This document shows positions 1-11,993 of a stretch of DNA of 64,000 nt, piece by piece. The stretch covers positions 21,142,001-21,206,000 of the forward strand of contig JBHGNT010000003.1 of NCBI GenBank assembly GCA_043228905.1, in the 5' to 3' direction. Below the pieces are notes generated by a model. It ran no database searches and was not told the DNA's origin. It was given only the letters and a program-made list of their open reading frames with translations. This DNA comes from Azolla caroliniana. Its lineage: Eukaryota; Plantae; Polypodiophyta. Each line of letters starts with the position of its first letter. The first letter of the stretch is position 1. Both the position numbers and the translations under genes were made by a program.

Positions 1-17
1 TGCATATTTGGAAATAC

Positions 18-3000
18 CTGTCCTTTCGAATGTTTCAATGTCTGATGCATTGAAAAGCGAGAAACCTTCTTCTTGATGATGTTTTTGGCTGCGATGAGGT
101 CTGAATCTGGTAAGAAGCCACATTTCGGCTGGGTGGCATTTAAAACATTTTATGCAATTTCAGGGCATTCTCAAAGTTCTTTGACTTACTCAACAAAAAA
201 GATCAATGTGGATAAATGTTTTCTTTTTTTACTACTAAATATTCACCTTACTTTATTCAATAATTTTTGACATATGCATAATGACCTTAATTCATTTATT
301 ATTTTTAAAGGCATGAATAGTTATCTTAATTTATTTGTAAATTCTAAAAGTTAGCATAATGACCTTGATTTCTACTGAAATGCTTGGAGGAGCTTTGTTC
401 CCAGGCTCTGTAAAACAATTAAGCAATGATAATAGTAAGCACCATCCAAACAAACAGCAAGTAACATACTCTCTCTCTCTCTCTCAAATACTATATGGCA
501 AATGTCAATCCTGAATGTTGGTGTCAATATAAAGCAAGAATGCCTATTGATCGTATCCAACCTTATCTCATTACCAATATGAGTAGTAATGCTCGTAGAG
601 CCCTTACACTACTTTGCACTCGATCTCACAAGTTAGGTATTGAAGTTGCATCATGGTATCAAAATGTAACTAATTTGAAGACATGCAAAGTATGCAATGG
701 AGGCATGGTAGAGGATGAATGTCACTTGCTCTTCACATGCTTGACATATAGTGCAATTTGTTCAAGATATGCTGACATACTAAGAGGGAGTGATAACTTA
801 AGTTCCATACTTAAGACACCACCGAGAAGGTTGAGCTGTTGAGCTCATATGTGTATGCTTTATTCACACATAGAGACTTTGTGCTTCAATGTATGAATAC
901 CCCTTCTTAGGAAGGAGACACATATCAAGAACACATGTATACTCTGGTTCCATAGGTCAAAATTGGCTTCTTTATGGATGATAAAAATTCAAATTCTCTC
1001 TTTCTACCTGCATAATATAATAGTATATGTATAGAGAGAATAAGCCATATCTATATCTGTGTCTACTAGAAAGAAAGAGTAATGTAACCATTTGGCATAA
1101 CCCAACATGATCAATGAGACCAAGTCATTTTTCCAAATGTATAAAATTGACAAAACTGTATCTCATCATAAATACGCTACACTTTGCAGAAATTAAAAGC
1201 CGAGATTGAGGTGAGTCTTCAATATGTCCCTAACTGAATATTTTAGATCGAAGGGGTTAAAATAATATGACAACCAAGACTCCTAAGAATGGCAATGATG
1301 GTTACTATCATTTTGAGGTTGTGAGGTTCTGGAAGAGGTCCCAAGGTCATGACCTTTTTACACAGAGAGCCAGTCCATGCTCCATTGTCTATTGATGCTG
1401 GAGGGGAAGACATGGGTGGAGTTGTAGTTATGAAGAAGTTAGTGATGGTTCTTTCTGGCTGAATTGATTTGTATCTCTTCTCCTGGAAAGTGTATTCTAT
1501 TGCGGCAGTGCTATCTTTCTCGGATTTTGTAATTTACAATGCAGGAAGTGCTTCTCTATTTCAATCTGTAGACAGCAAATTTAGCAGAGGCAGTCAATTC
1601 ATTCCAGGCATTTATACCTTCTTGTCTCCATATGCAGTTGATGTGACGACGTATGGAAATAATGCTTTATATGTATATGTTGTGCCGAAGGTGAGTGTTC
1701 ATGTGGTTGGGACAGGTGATAAACCCATCTGGTGGCATGTGTAGGAAGTTACTCTGTTAAAGTTTCATCCTGCATGAAGGTGAGTGGTGGGTTCAACCAA
1801 GCTGGTTCGGTATCCAGCTTCACAATGATCATTTGATTACTCAATTCAATTCAGTGCAATGGAGATCCAAAAAGGTTCAGTCAATGATGTATCGGAAGGG
1901 GGGGTTCATGAGTACCTTTGTGTGAGAAGTTCCCATAATCTGCATAAAGCTGATCACTTGAATAGAGGGCTCTACTGACCACTACTAATGTAGTTCCTAG
2001 TTCTGCTCTAGTAGTTTCATGTTAGGGGATTCCATCCAAGATAAAGTTCCTCTGGCCTATAATTATGTCCAACCAGTGATTCCTTCCCTGGACGGTAGAA
2101 ACTGGCTCCCCACACTTGTGTGTGTTCAGTTCTTGGATCCTGAATGTAGATAATGTTAGAAATATTGAGAATCGATTAGATAGGCATATAGAGTTACAAG
2201 CACAAAGATGAATATCTGAAAACAAACTTTCTATTACAAATGAGAGTAGCTCACAATGGTAGTCCACCCATGCACTCACACACCTTAGAGCTTAGATGGA
2301 CTACAAAATTAGTGGGGACAGATAATAGTCACAGACACTGTGTAAGAGGTACAAAAATTGTAATAATTTGAAATGCCCATATCATGTATTCATTTTTTTT
2401 CTCTTCCAGAAAACAATATAATCATCTATAATGCAGCTCCCACTTCTATCCTCACTTCTGTGAAGTGCCTTTCCCTAAACCTAAACCCTCACATTCGTAT
2501 GTTTTATTCAGAAATTTGGTAGTAACAAAAGTTTCCAAGCATTTATTCAGCACGTATGAAAAACATATACATGTGTTAAAAACAAGTAACCTCTTATGTA
2601 CCCCTCAGATAACTCAATAGATGAGTATCTATATAAAAAATACCTTTGGTGGACCAGAACACTGAATGATCTGACATCAGCAATGCATGGTGACTGCAAG
2701 GGTCAATTTGACTAACTTCTGCTCTCCAACTAGGCCGTGCATTCTCTACACGAGATGCTAAAATTTCCAAGAATTCTGAAGACACACAAACAATGACCTG
2801 AAATAAAACCCCAAATCAAAAAACCAAACATGACACTACTCGCTTTACAAAAATATAGAAATGAGATATCCATACCCCAGGATCAACAAGTTCATGACCC
2901 AAAAGTGGCCTTATCACATTCTGTGCATATGTTTGAACTAGGATTTCGATACTAGTTGCAATTGCAACAGATGGCCAGTCAGCCCAAAGAATCTGCTCTT

Positions 3001-4955
3001 GTTTTGACAAAACAGGCTTTCCACGCACATGCAGTCTCTTCTTCAAATGATTTGAATTAAAGGATACCTTCTTTAGCCGAAGTACTTTTCCTACCTTGAA
3101 AGGCATAGATGTCTCTAGTGAGTAAACATCACAGTTGTATGGAAAAGATTAAATAAACTTCAAGTTATAAGCTAAATCCTGCATTGGCATCAATGTGAAT
3201 CCTCAATAACTTTAGACACTAATTGGAAAATCAAAATGTTCAAAAATAGGTGTGGCATTTGATTAAACAAAAATGATATGATATAGACAACCTATAAGAA
3301 GAAACTCTTTATAAAAACGTCTTAAGAGGATTACCATATGAATATCGAAACCAGTGGCTTACATGCTACCTGTGGAACATGATATTGTTGCTCGCATATG
3401 GAAAGCAGAGAAAAATGCCCAACAATTAGAGGAGCAAAATGAACATGGACGCCTTCCAAGCACACAAGCAAAGCATTAATAGATCATACCAACCCAGATA
3501 TTATGATTGGTGTGATATCGAACATCACAAGTTTTGTTTCTGTTTTCTACTTAGCACAGTGGAAGGCCCATTAAAATGAAAGATTGCTTTTGTCACCAAA
3601 GAATATTGTCTATTTTCTATCCCTTTAGGAAAGTTCCTTGTGAGTTCTCCATTGTCTTAACCATAGTAGGTGTTGATTGGGATGAATACCCTCTTGAGAG
3701 ATAAATACTGTGGAACTTGCCTTCTACATGTTTTGATATTCGCTCAAGTTGCAGCATATCCATTGATACTAGTGGATGGATAACCCCTATAAATGTGTAT
3801 AACAAAAGATGCTCTATAGAGTCCATACAAAAAACATCAGATGAATGTCGGTAAAGGTCTGAACCTAGCACGCATCTCTTGATGGCGGCATCTATGGCTT
3901 GCAGTTACCAAGTGAATGGATAACCAATTTGTCTTCATTTGTAATATAAATCGACTTTCAGGTCATGAGCATCACTTTGAGACATGCAAGTTAAATTAAT
4001 TTCATTTCACACAAAAAAAACTAAAAACGATATGAAACCCACATGTCTTCCACTCACTTACAATGCCTCTAGTCAATGCCAACATTAAGTACAATAATGC
4101 ATTGAATAGTCTTTTGTCACACTCAACCACATTATAATCCTCCTACATTTTCTTGAAAAGGAAAGCTAGAACACTCATTGAATCTCCATAAACTCTGTTC
4201 AAACAATTTTCCAATCTTCATTTCTCCACACTGAACAAGTACGCTACCTTTTTCTGTGGGATAGCATAGATATATTTTTCCCATTCCACTCTTCTTTAAA
4301 GATGAGAAAACATAAAATAAGAGAGAATCTTTTAAGATATAATCCCTAGTTCAGTTTTGTAGGCCATTTTGGCCTCTTAAAAAACATTAATAAATGTTCT
4401 CTTTCTTTAACACAAAGAAATATGCAAAAGCACGCATGCACATGTGTAGTTATACATATTCATCTACAGGAGGCCAATATCAAAAGACAAAACATGAAAA
4501 GAAACCTAGTTTTGCTAAAACCTAGAAGTGCAGGAAAGAAAAGGCACATGTGTAGTTATACATATTCATCTACAGGAGGCCAATATCAAAAGACAAAACA
4601 TGAAAAGAAACCTAGTTTTGCTAAAACCTAGAAGTGCAGGAAAGAAAAGGCACATGTGTAGTTATACATATTCATCTACAGGAGGCCAATATCAAAAGAC
4701 AACATGAAAAGAAACCTAGTTTTGCTAAAACCTAGAAGTGCAGGAAAGAAAAGGCATTTGTTTTTAGGAAAACAAGTATATAGAATTTAAAATAGAGCGT
4801 AGTGACCATTCTAATTAGTAGCCATGCGAGAAGAAACTTACTAGAAGTGGATTAGAGTTGAGGTGATAGAGCACGATGTTGCCGGCTCCTTCTCCTCTGT
4901 AGTACCATTCCAAGGCATCTTCAGCAGTCAATCGCAATGCAATATCCTCCTCCAT
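18..4955 (-). CDS. IPK1: Inositol-pentakisphosphate 2-kinase, copy A1 (exons 1-5; exons 6-7 lie left of the window)
   Basis: Exons with GT-AG borders: 4842-4955 (MEEDIALRLTAEDALEWYYRGEGAGNIVL..., IPK1 G-loop RGEG), 2876-3094 (VGKVLRLKK...HELVDPG), 2644-2797 (VIVCVSSEFL...LMSDHSVF), 364-407 (EPGNKAPPSISVEIK), 18-128 (PKCGFLP...SRFSMHQ). Exon phases are compatible; motifs match plant IPK1 as remembered. Confidence 0.9.
480..1000 (+). mobile_element. 3' fragment of a non-LTR retrotransposon (LINE ORF2 C-terminal CCHC region) in IPK1 intron 3
   Basis: ORF 495-842 contains RSHKLGIEVASW...CKVCNGGMVEDECHLLFTC..Y, the typical LINE ORF2 C-terminal zinc-finger signature. Boundaries approximate. Also present at 14159-14506 (-), 23676-24023, 37324-37671 (-) and ~50890-51236. 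Confidence 0.7.
4438..4756. repeat. Minisatellite, 3 x 106 bp, in IPK1 intron 1
   Basis: Unit catgtgtagttatacatattc...gaaagaaaaggca starts at 4441, 4547 and 4653 (third copy 2 nt shorter). Same array at 27619-27937; a single unit in A3 (~54577-54684). Confidence 0.95.
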
Positions 4956-6388
4956 GATTATCAAAAAACTTGAGCACAAAATCTGCATGTGAACACGATT
5001 CATGGATTCAGCAATACACACTAATGGAGATAACATCTCTCCCTCCAAACTGATATCTATAACTCACCCAAATTATGAACAGAACAAGGTATTGCGGCAA
5101 AACCTATTGCAACTCTATACCCAAAAGACATGGATCACAGCAAGAAACGATCAGTCTATTAACATCTTCAAAAGGCCAAAGTGACCTATGAGACCAAAAG
5201 TTCAATCCATATGAATTTTATTTAAGTCTGATAAAAGAGCAGCACCATAAATACAGGACAATAAGACATATTATGTTGGATGATACAATCATGAACAAGA
5301 AGAATCCTTGAAATTTCTTCTTCCAAATATACACGATTTTTAAACACTTTTCAGATGATCAGCTCCGTTCATTGGCCAGGAAGGTCCAAGACATAAGCCT
5401 ATTACAAGTCTTGAATCAGAGAGAGACAGTGCGTCAGAAAATTAAACCTAGAGTTTGGCAACCCTTCACAGACTCACTTGTGTAGCCTTAAAGCCAAGCG
5501 GATGGGTGAACACTGCCGTTGATATATAATGCTGTGAGTTTGTTGCGTTTATGAACTATGACGAAAAAATCAAGGGGAAAAATCACAAGAAAAGGTGAAA
5601 GGGCACGAGCCCAAATGAGTAATACATTTCCTGGCTCTTAGGAACAGTACAAATAATTTAATAAGCCAAACCCACCCATATGTTCACAATTTGTGAGAGA
5701 TCTTCACCAGGACCTTGCCGAGGGTATAGAAGAGCTCAGTATTTGGGAACAACAAGAAGCCCATTGTGGCTTACTCCAGGAGCAAAAGCTTATAGGTTTG
5801 CCTGACTTTTTCCTCGAGTGTACAAACTTGAATTGCCAGTCTTGAAGTATCAAAGACAATTAGCATCAAGCAATGGCAATGCCATTGCTGGGCATAGATT
5901 ATACGTGGGGCACTCTCTATCAGAGCCTACAAGTAAAAAAGCTCTCCGATACGAATCTCTATCTTACTTTGCGATGAAATATTTGCCATCCAATAACCTT
6001 TCAGCTGGGGTTCTTTCTTCTCCCCCAAACATAGGAATGAGAAGCGCCATTCCCGAGAGATGAATACCAACATGGGTGTACTCCATAAGAGCAGACATGG
6101 CATTTCATAATCCCTCCTGAGCTTTCTTCCACCAGGAAGCATTTGTGAGGTTACAACTTACAACACAATTCGTGAGTATTGCCTTCCTAACACAGTCCAC
6201 TTGCAGCCTATCCACATTAGGATAGTTTGAAAACCCTAAATTTGACACCATTTACACATAGGAGAAGACGCTTTTGATTTTTCTACAGAGACCTTAAAAA
6301 AGTTGATAGGAAACTCAGATATCAGAAGCACGACGGAGTTGTGTATGATGTTGTTGAGAGTTAAAGAGAGAGAAGGGGAGATACTTAC

Positions 6389-6550
6389 CTTGGAATCACA
6401 TGAAGGAGAAGTTTCTTCGCGTAGCTATGGAGACAAGGACATGCAGGGATGAAGAGGAGACAGACAAGAGGAAAAGAAGAGGATGGATGTGACAAAACAC
6501 CCAAAAGAGAGACAGAGACAGAGACAGAGATGGGAGGAATGAAGAGGATA
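6389..6550 (-). other. Probable non-coding first (5'-UTR) exon of IPK1 A1
   Basis: Consensus donor AG|GTAAGTAT at 6389/6388 on the minus strand, preceded by a CT-rich leader; acceptor TGCAG| at 4983/4982 just upstream of the ATG. The 5' boundary is a guess. Confidence 0.45.
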
Positions 6551-6931
6551 TTATGTATGGAGCAATAGAAAGGTAAGAAATTGTGATTCGAACCTAAAAC
6601 CTTAGGATTAATAGAGTGTAATAACTTACAAATTTACAATTACAATAAATAGAAATAGAGAAAGGAAGAAAAAGAAGACGAGACTTTGTTTTTGCTCTTA
6701 AGTTGCGGTCTCTCTGTTGGTGACGGAATTTCACACGAAGACAAGCAAGCGTTGGAAAGCCCTCGGTTAGACCTTTGTAATGATATATATAGCAAGTTTA
6801 AATTGGTGCTCTGTATTGGTAGCGCTGATAGAAACAAAGAACCGTGTGTTGTCGGCATATACATACTCTACACGTGTTGCGGGTCTCCTATTGTCTTTCT
6901 TCTTCATCTTCGATCGGGTGAGGCTTAAGGG

Positions 6932-7025
6932 TATGTAGTAATGTACAAAACAGTGAGTTCACGGAGGCAACGACCTCGTGCTCACGATCTTCGCCACAGG
7001 CGGCGATTACAACAGAGGCAGCGAC

Positions 7026-7066
<41 letters not shown>

Positions 7067-10000
7067 CAGTTATGCACACTGATCTCATGCAAAACAGAAA
7101 TGACAACAACCATAACTAAAAGTTTGCCCTAAGTCATATTTATACTAATATGACTTTTCGGCTATTTACAAATATAGCCTCGATGGACTATCAGAAACAT
7201 ATTTACGAATATGTCTCTTCATCCGGTTCTCCGTAGCCGGGTACTCCTCATCCGGTCTTCACCGGGTCTGCATCATCCGGCTCTCCGTAGCCGGGTACTC
7301 GTCATCCGGTTCATACCGGGTCTGCACCATCCGGCCCTCCGTAGCCAGGCACTCCTCATCCGGTTCATACCGGGTCTGCATCATCCGGCTCTCCGTAGCG
7401 GTTTCGGCCGAGGCCGAGTTTGTTCATCGACACTGTTCTTCTCCCTTCCCATCCGGAGGGACCTGTCTCCCAACAAACTCCCCCTTCACTCCGGCATGGG
7501 GTGTCTTACCAGTCTGATTCTCTTCCGGCATGCATCCAGCTTGTCGGGTATCAGCACTTTGGTCAGCATATCTGACCCGTTCTTGGCCGTGTGGATCTTC
7601 ATCAGCGCGAACTCCTGGTCATCTACTCTTTCCCGGATCCAGTGGTACCTCCGCTGGATATGCTTCGTCCGGGAATGGTAGGCCACATTCTTAGCAAGGT
7701 GGATGGCACTTTGACTGTCGCAATAGAGTCGGTATTCATCTTGCCGGATACCGAGCTCTCCGATGAAGTCCTTTATCCACAATATTTCCTTGCCGGCTTC
7801 CACAGCTGCCATGTACTCCGCCTCCGTGGTTGACAATGCAACCGTCTTCTACAGTCTCGACTGCCACGAAACAGCTCCCCTGCATATGTCATTACATACC
7901 CGGATGTAGACCGGCTGGTATCCACATCAGCCGACATGTCCGAATCGGTGAAACCGTCCAGTTGAGGTTTTCCGGAGCCGAATCGGAGACACATATTTGA
8001 AGTGCCCTTCAAATACCGGAGTATCCATTTGACCGCGTTCCAGTGCTCCTTGCCGGGATTACTCATGAACCGGCTCACTACTCCGACTGCGTATCCAATG
8101 TCCGGTCGGGTACAAACCATTGCGTACATCAAGCTCCCGACGGCAGAGGCATATGGAATCTTCATCATATCCGCCTTCTCTGCTTTTGTCTTCGGGTTTT
8201 GCTTACCGGATAGCTTGCAGTTTGCCGGAAGTGTCGATCCGACCGGTTTCGCATCTGACATGTTGAACCGGTGAAGCACCTTTGTCACGTACTTCTCCTG
8301 TGACAACCATAATTCCTTCGCTGACCGGTTCCGGATGATGTGCATCCCCAACATCTGTCTTGCCGAACCCAAGTCTTTCATTGAGAAGGTCTGGTTGAGG
8401 GCCTTCTTCAGCATCCGTATTTTGACTTGATCCCGTCCAACGATCAACATGTCATCCACGTACAGAAGGAGTATCAGGAAGTCGCCTCCTTCGAACTTCT
8501 TCACAAACACGCAGTGATCGGCCTACGTCTTGTGGTACCCTTGATCGGTCATGAAGGAGTCGAACTTCCGGTACCATTGTCGGGGAGCCTGCTTCAGTCC
8601 GTACAAACTCTTCTTCAACCGGCATACCAGGTGCTCCTTCCCTTTCTCCACGAATCCTTCCGGTTGCTGCATGTAGATCTCCTCTTCGAGGTCGCCGTGA
8701 AGGAATGTCGTCTTCACGTCTAGCTGCTCTACCTCGAGGTCCATGCTTGCTGCTATACTCAACACCGTCCGGATGGAGGTCATCTTTACTACCGGGGCAA
8801 ATATCTCGTCGAAGTCCACGCCCTTCTTCTGCTGGAACCCCTTCACCACGATCCTGGCTTTGTATCTCGGGGGGTTGCCGGCATCTCCCGATTTCAACTT
8901 GTACACCCACTTGTTTGGGAGTGCCCGCTTTCCTTTCAGCAACTCCACCAATTCGTACATATGGTTTTCATGCAGGGAATCCATCTCATCCTGCATGGCA
9001 CTTAACCATTTTCGGCTGTGGGTGTCTTCCTTCGCTTCTTCGAAGCTTTCCGGCTCCCCCTAATCGATCAGTAGAACATGCTCTGCATCCGGAAATCTCC
9101 AGGGGGCCCTTCTCTCTCTGAGAGGATATCTCCGTCTCTGGGCTTTGGTGACCGGCTCATCCATCTGCTCTTCATCCGAATCCGATTCGGGGTCTTGGCC
9201 GGTTCCGGTTTCAGCTTCCTCTACTTCTTCTTATACCGGTTCGTATCCTCACCGTAACCGGCTGGTTCCTCGAATGCTAACCGGTCTCTTGCCGGTTGGG
9301 TCTGCTCATCGTAGAGTCTATCCTTACCGGTCGACTCGGAGTTCATTATCTTCTTCTCCGACTCCCAGTCGGCGAGCGTCTTGTTCTCCATGAAGATAAT
9401 ATCTCGACTCCGGAATACCTTCTTGTCGACCAGGTCCCACACTCGGTAGCCGAACTCATCGTCACCGTAACCGAGGAATATGCATGGCCGGGTCTTTGGA
9501 TCTAACTTACCTCTCCGGTCCTTAGCTACATGCACGTACGCGAGACACCCGAACACCTTCAGATGCCGGTAGGATACTTCCTTACCGGTCCACACTCTTT
9601 GTGGCGTGTCTCCGTCCAAGGGTACTGAGGGTGATCTATTTATCACATATGTCGCCGTCGACAGTGCCTCAGCCCAAAACTTCTTGGGTAGTTTTGAATG
9701 CGCTAGCATACTCCGGACCCTCTCCATTATGGTTCGGTTCATCCTCTCGGCCAGTCCGTTTAGTTCCGGCGTCTTCGGCACGGTAAATTCGAGCCGGATT
9801 CCCTTCGAGCGGCAGTACTCCTCGAACTGCCCCCGGTACTCTCCTCCGTTATCTGCTCGAACCGCCTTCAGCTTCCGGCCGGTTTCTCTTTCCACTCTCG
9901 CGTGGAGCTCTTTGAAGACGGATAACACCTGATTCTTTGTCTTCAACGGTGTGGCCCACAACTTCCAGCTGTGGTCATCTATGAACGTCACGAAGTACTA

Positions 10001-11790
10001 CGCTCCGGCATGTGACTTCGTGTCTACTTGACACACATCCGTATGCACCAACTCCAATGGTGCATTACGTCTCATCGGTGGTCTTGGTCGGAAGGAGGTC
10101 CGGTTCTGCTTACCGGTCAGACAATCAGTGCACTTCTCTAAGTGCACGTTCTTCACTGGAATGAGGTTGTCGTCTGCAAGCCTCTTCATCCCCTTCTCAC
10201 TCATATGACATAGCCTCTTGTGCCACAGCTCACCGGCAGTGTCGGATGCCACGTTCACTTCTTCCGGACATAACCGGGCATTCATCAGGTATAGTGTGTT
10301 TACCTTCCGGGCCCGAGCCACAATAACGCTCCCTTTGCTGAACTTCATGACACCGTTCCGGATGCTACCCGTGTAGCCTTCATCATCTAGCCGACCGACT
10401 GATATCAGGTTTAGACGAACTTCCGGAACGTGTCGGACATCCTTCAGCAGCAACTTGCATCCGGTTGGTGTTGTCAGCCACACGTCTCCTATGCCGACAA
10501 TTCGGCATGTTCCTTCATTCCCTATCCGGACACAACCGTGATCACCGGCTAAATAGGATGAGAAGCATTTCCGGTCCGGGGTAAGGTGGAACGACACTCC
10601 AGAGTCTACCACCCAGGTCATCTCGTCGCCGGAAAGGTTTATCTCACTCTCCTCGATGATGAGCATCAACTCTTCCTCACTTGCCGCGATTGCCGTCGTT
10701 CCCTTCCGGTCCGTCCCCCTCCGGTCTTTACCGTTTCGGTTCGGGGTTTGCTTCGAATCGATACCGTCGTTCTCCTTATCTTTACGGAAATGCCGACAAT
10801 TCTTTTGGAAGTGACCCGGCTTGCCGCAATAGAAGCAAGTGGGCCTCCCCCTTGACTTTGACCGTGTCCCCGACTTCTCCCGGTTCTGGGGACTACGGTT
10901 TCTATGTCTTCTGCGTTCCGATTCGGTAAGGAGCGCTTTGGAGTCGGAGCTCGTATCCTTATCTTTCCGACGCGCCTCCTCATCTAGCAGGCTCGACTTT
11001 ACTCTTGCTAGGGATAACCTCTTTCCTTCCGGCCCGGCGTTGCCCAAAGTGACAACCAACATCTCCCAGTTATCCGGGAGGGAACCGAGCAGGAGTAGCG
11101 CAAGTACCTCATCTGCAAGAGGTACTTCTAATGAAGTTGCCTGGTGGATTAGCCCCTGGAAGGCATTCATGTGCTCCGCCATGCTGGAGCCATCTTGGTA
11201 CCGGAGTCTTACGAGCTTCCGGAATACCGAAACCTGGTTAACAACATTTTTGTTTTGAAACATTATACCGATCTTCTCCTAGAGCTCATGAGCCTTGCTC
11301 TCTTCATTGAAGTTGTTGTACAGGCTCATGTCGATGAAGCACCATATGTACGTCGTTGTCTTCATGTGCATCACCTCCCATATCGCGGCATCGATTTTGT
11401 CCGGTCTCTTGTCCCCGAACTGAACCGGCAGCCAGAGGTCTTTAACCACGAGCATGTCCCTCATCTTCGACTTCCACACTGAGTAGTTGGAGCCGGTGAG
11501 CTTGAACATGCCGCCAAACGATTCGTCCATTTTCTGTGTAACCTGCTCTGATACCACTTGACGGGAACTCAAACGCTCCTTATGTCCAACGCTTGGCCAC
11601 AACCGAGCGTCTTTTCATACATAGAAAAACGGGAAACAAATGCTCGACACGAAGGAGAGAAATTACACAGAAGGTTTATGTGGAAAACCCCAAACTAGGG
11701 GAAAAACCACGGCAGCCCACAGGCTGCAAACTGTCACTATGTAGTAATGTACAAACAGTGAGTTCACAGAGGCAACGACCTCGTGCTCAC
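6932..11790 (-). mobile_element. Ty1/copia LTR retrotransposon (Tnt1/Tto1, Tork-like), defective, copy 1
   Basis: gag-pol 7486-11530: CFYCGKPGHFQKNC knuckle, WVVDSG protease, integrase, RT (YKARIVVKGF, SLYGLKQ, YVDD), RNaseH. tRNA-iMet PBS TGGTATCAGAGC 11545-11556; PPT ~7478-7486. 3' LTR 6932-7475 is truncated; 5' LTR remnant 11559-11790. Several in-frame stops and frameshifts. Confidence 0.95.
7219..7400. repeat. 54-bp tandem repeats (~3.4 copies) in copia LTR U3
   Basis: Unit catccggctctccgtagccgggtactcctcatccggttcataccgggtctgcat, seen as the HHPALRS repeat in ORF 7211-7681. Also ~30399-30580 and ~55019-55200. Confidence 0.9.
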
Positions 11791-11993
11791 TGTCATGAAC
11801 ACATGACCATTATGGCGTCACTCGGACTTGAACCTCGAACCTTGTAATTCATACTTGAAAACCTCAACCATTAAGATAGCTTATTGTTATATGAAACAAT
11901 AAAGCTACTTCTTGTATTACATTGATTATTGTAAAAACTCTAGATTATTCTAGAATGTTCTAGAATGTTCTAGAATGTTCTAGACCTAGAATG
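11791..11993 (+). mobile_element. Truncated Ty3/gypsy LTR inserted in the copia 5' LTR (copy 1)
   Basis: Begins TGTCATGAAC and matches the first ~180 nt of the complete LTR at 59593-60000; ends inside the TTCTAGAA array. Confidence 0.9.
11947..11981. promoter_or_regulatory. Perfect heat-shock element array (7 alternating nTTCn/nGAAn pentamers)
   Basis: aTTCt aGAAt gTTCt aGAAt gTTCt aGAAt gTTCt; identical at 35128-35162. HSF binding is inferred from the consensus only. Confidence 0.7.

Noticed and set aside
1300-2280. Possible decayed retroelement gag/protease in IPK1 intron 3 (VFYCGS..., RALL...)
   Set aside because: Only a few residues resemble the motifs; too weak to call.
4438-4756. 106-bp repeats as a CRISPR or ncRNA array
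   Set aside because: Contiguous identical units in a eukaryotic intron, with no spacers and no cas genes.
5700-6250. Possible coding fragment upstream of the IPK1 ATG (ORFs 5818-6063 and 5927-6142)
   Set aside because: No recognisable motif and stops in the most protein-like frame; cannot be assigned without a database search.
7591-11482. Numerous plus-strand ORFs over the copia
   Set aside because: Antisense shadows of GC-rich gag-pol sequence.
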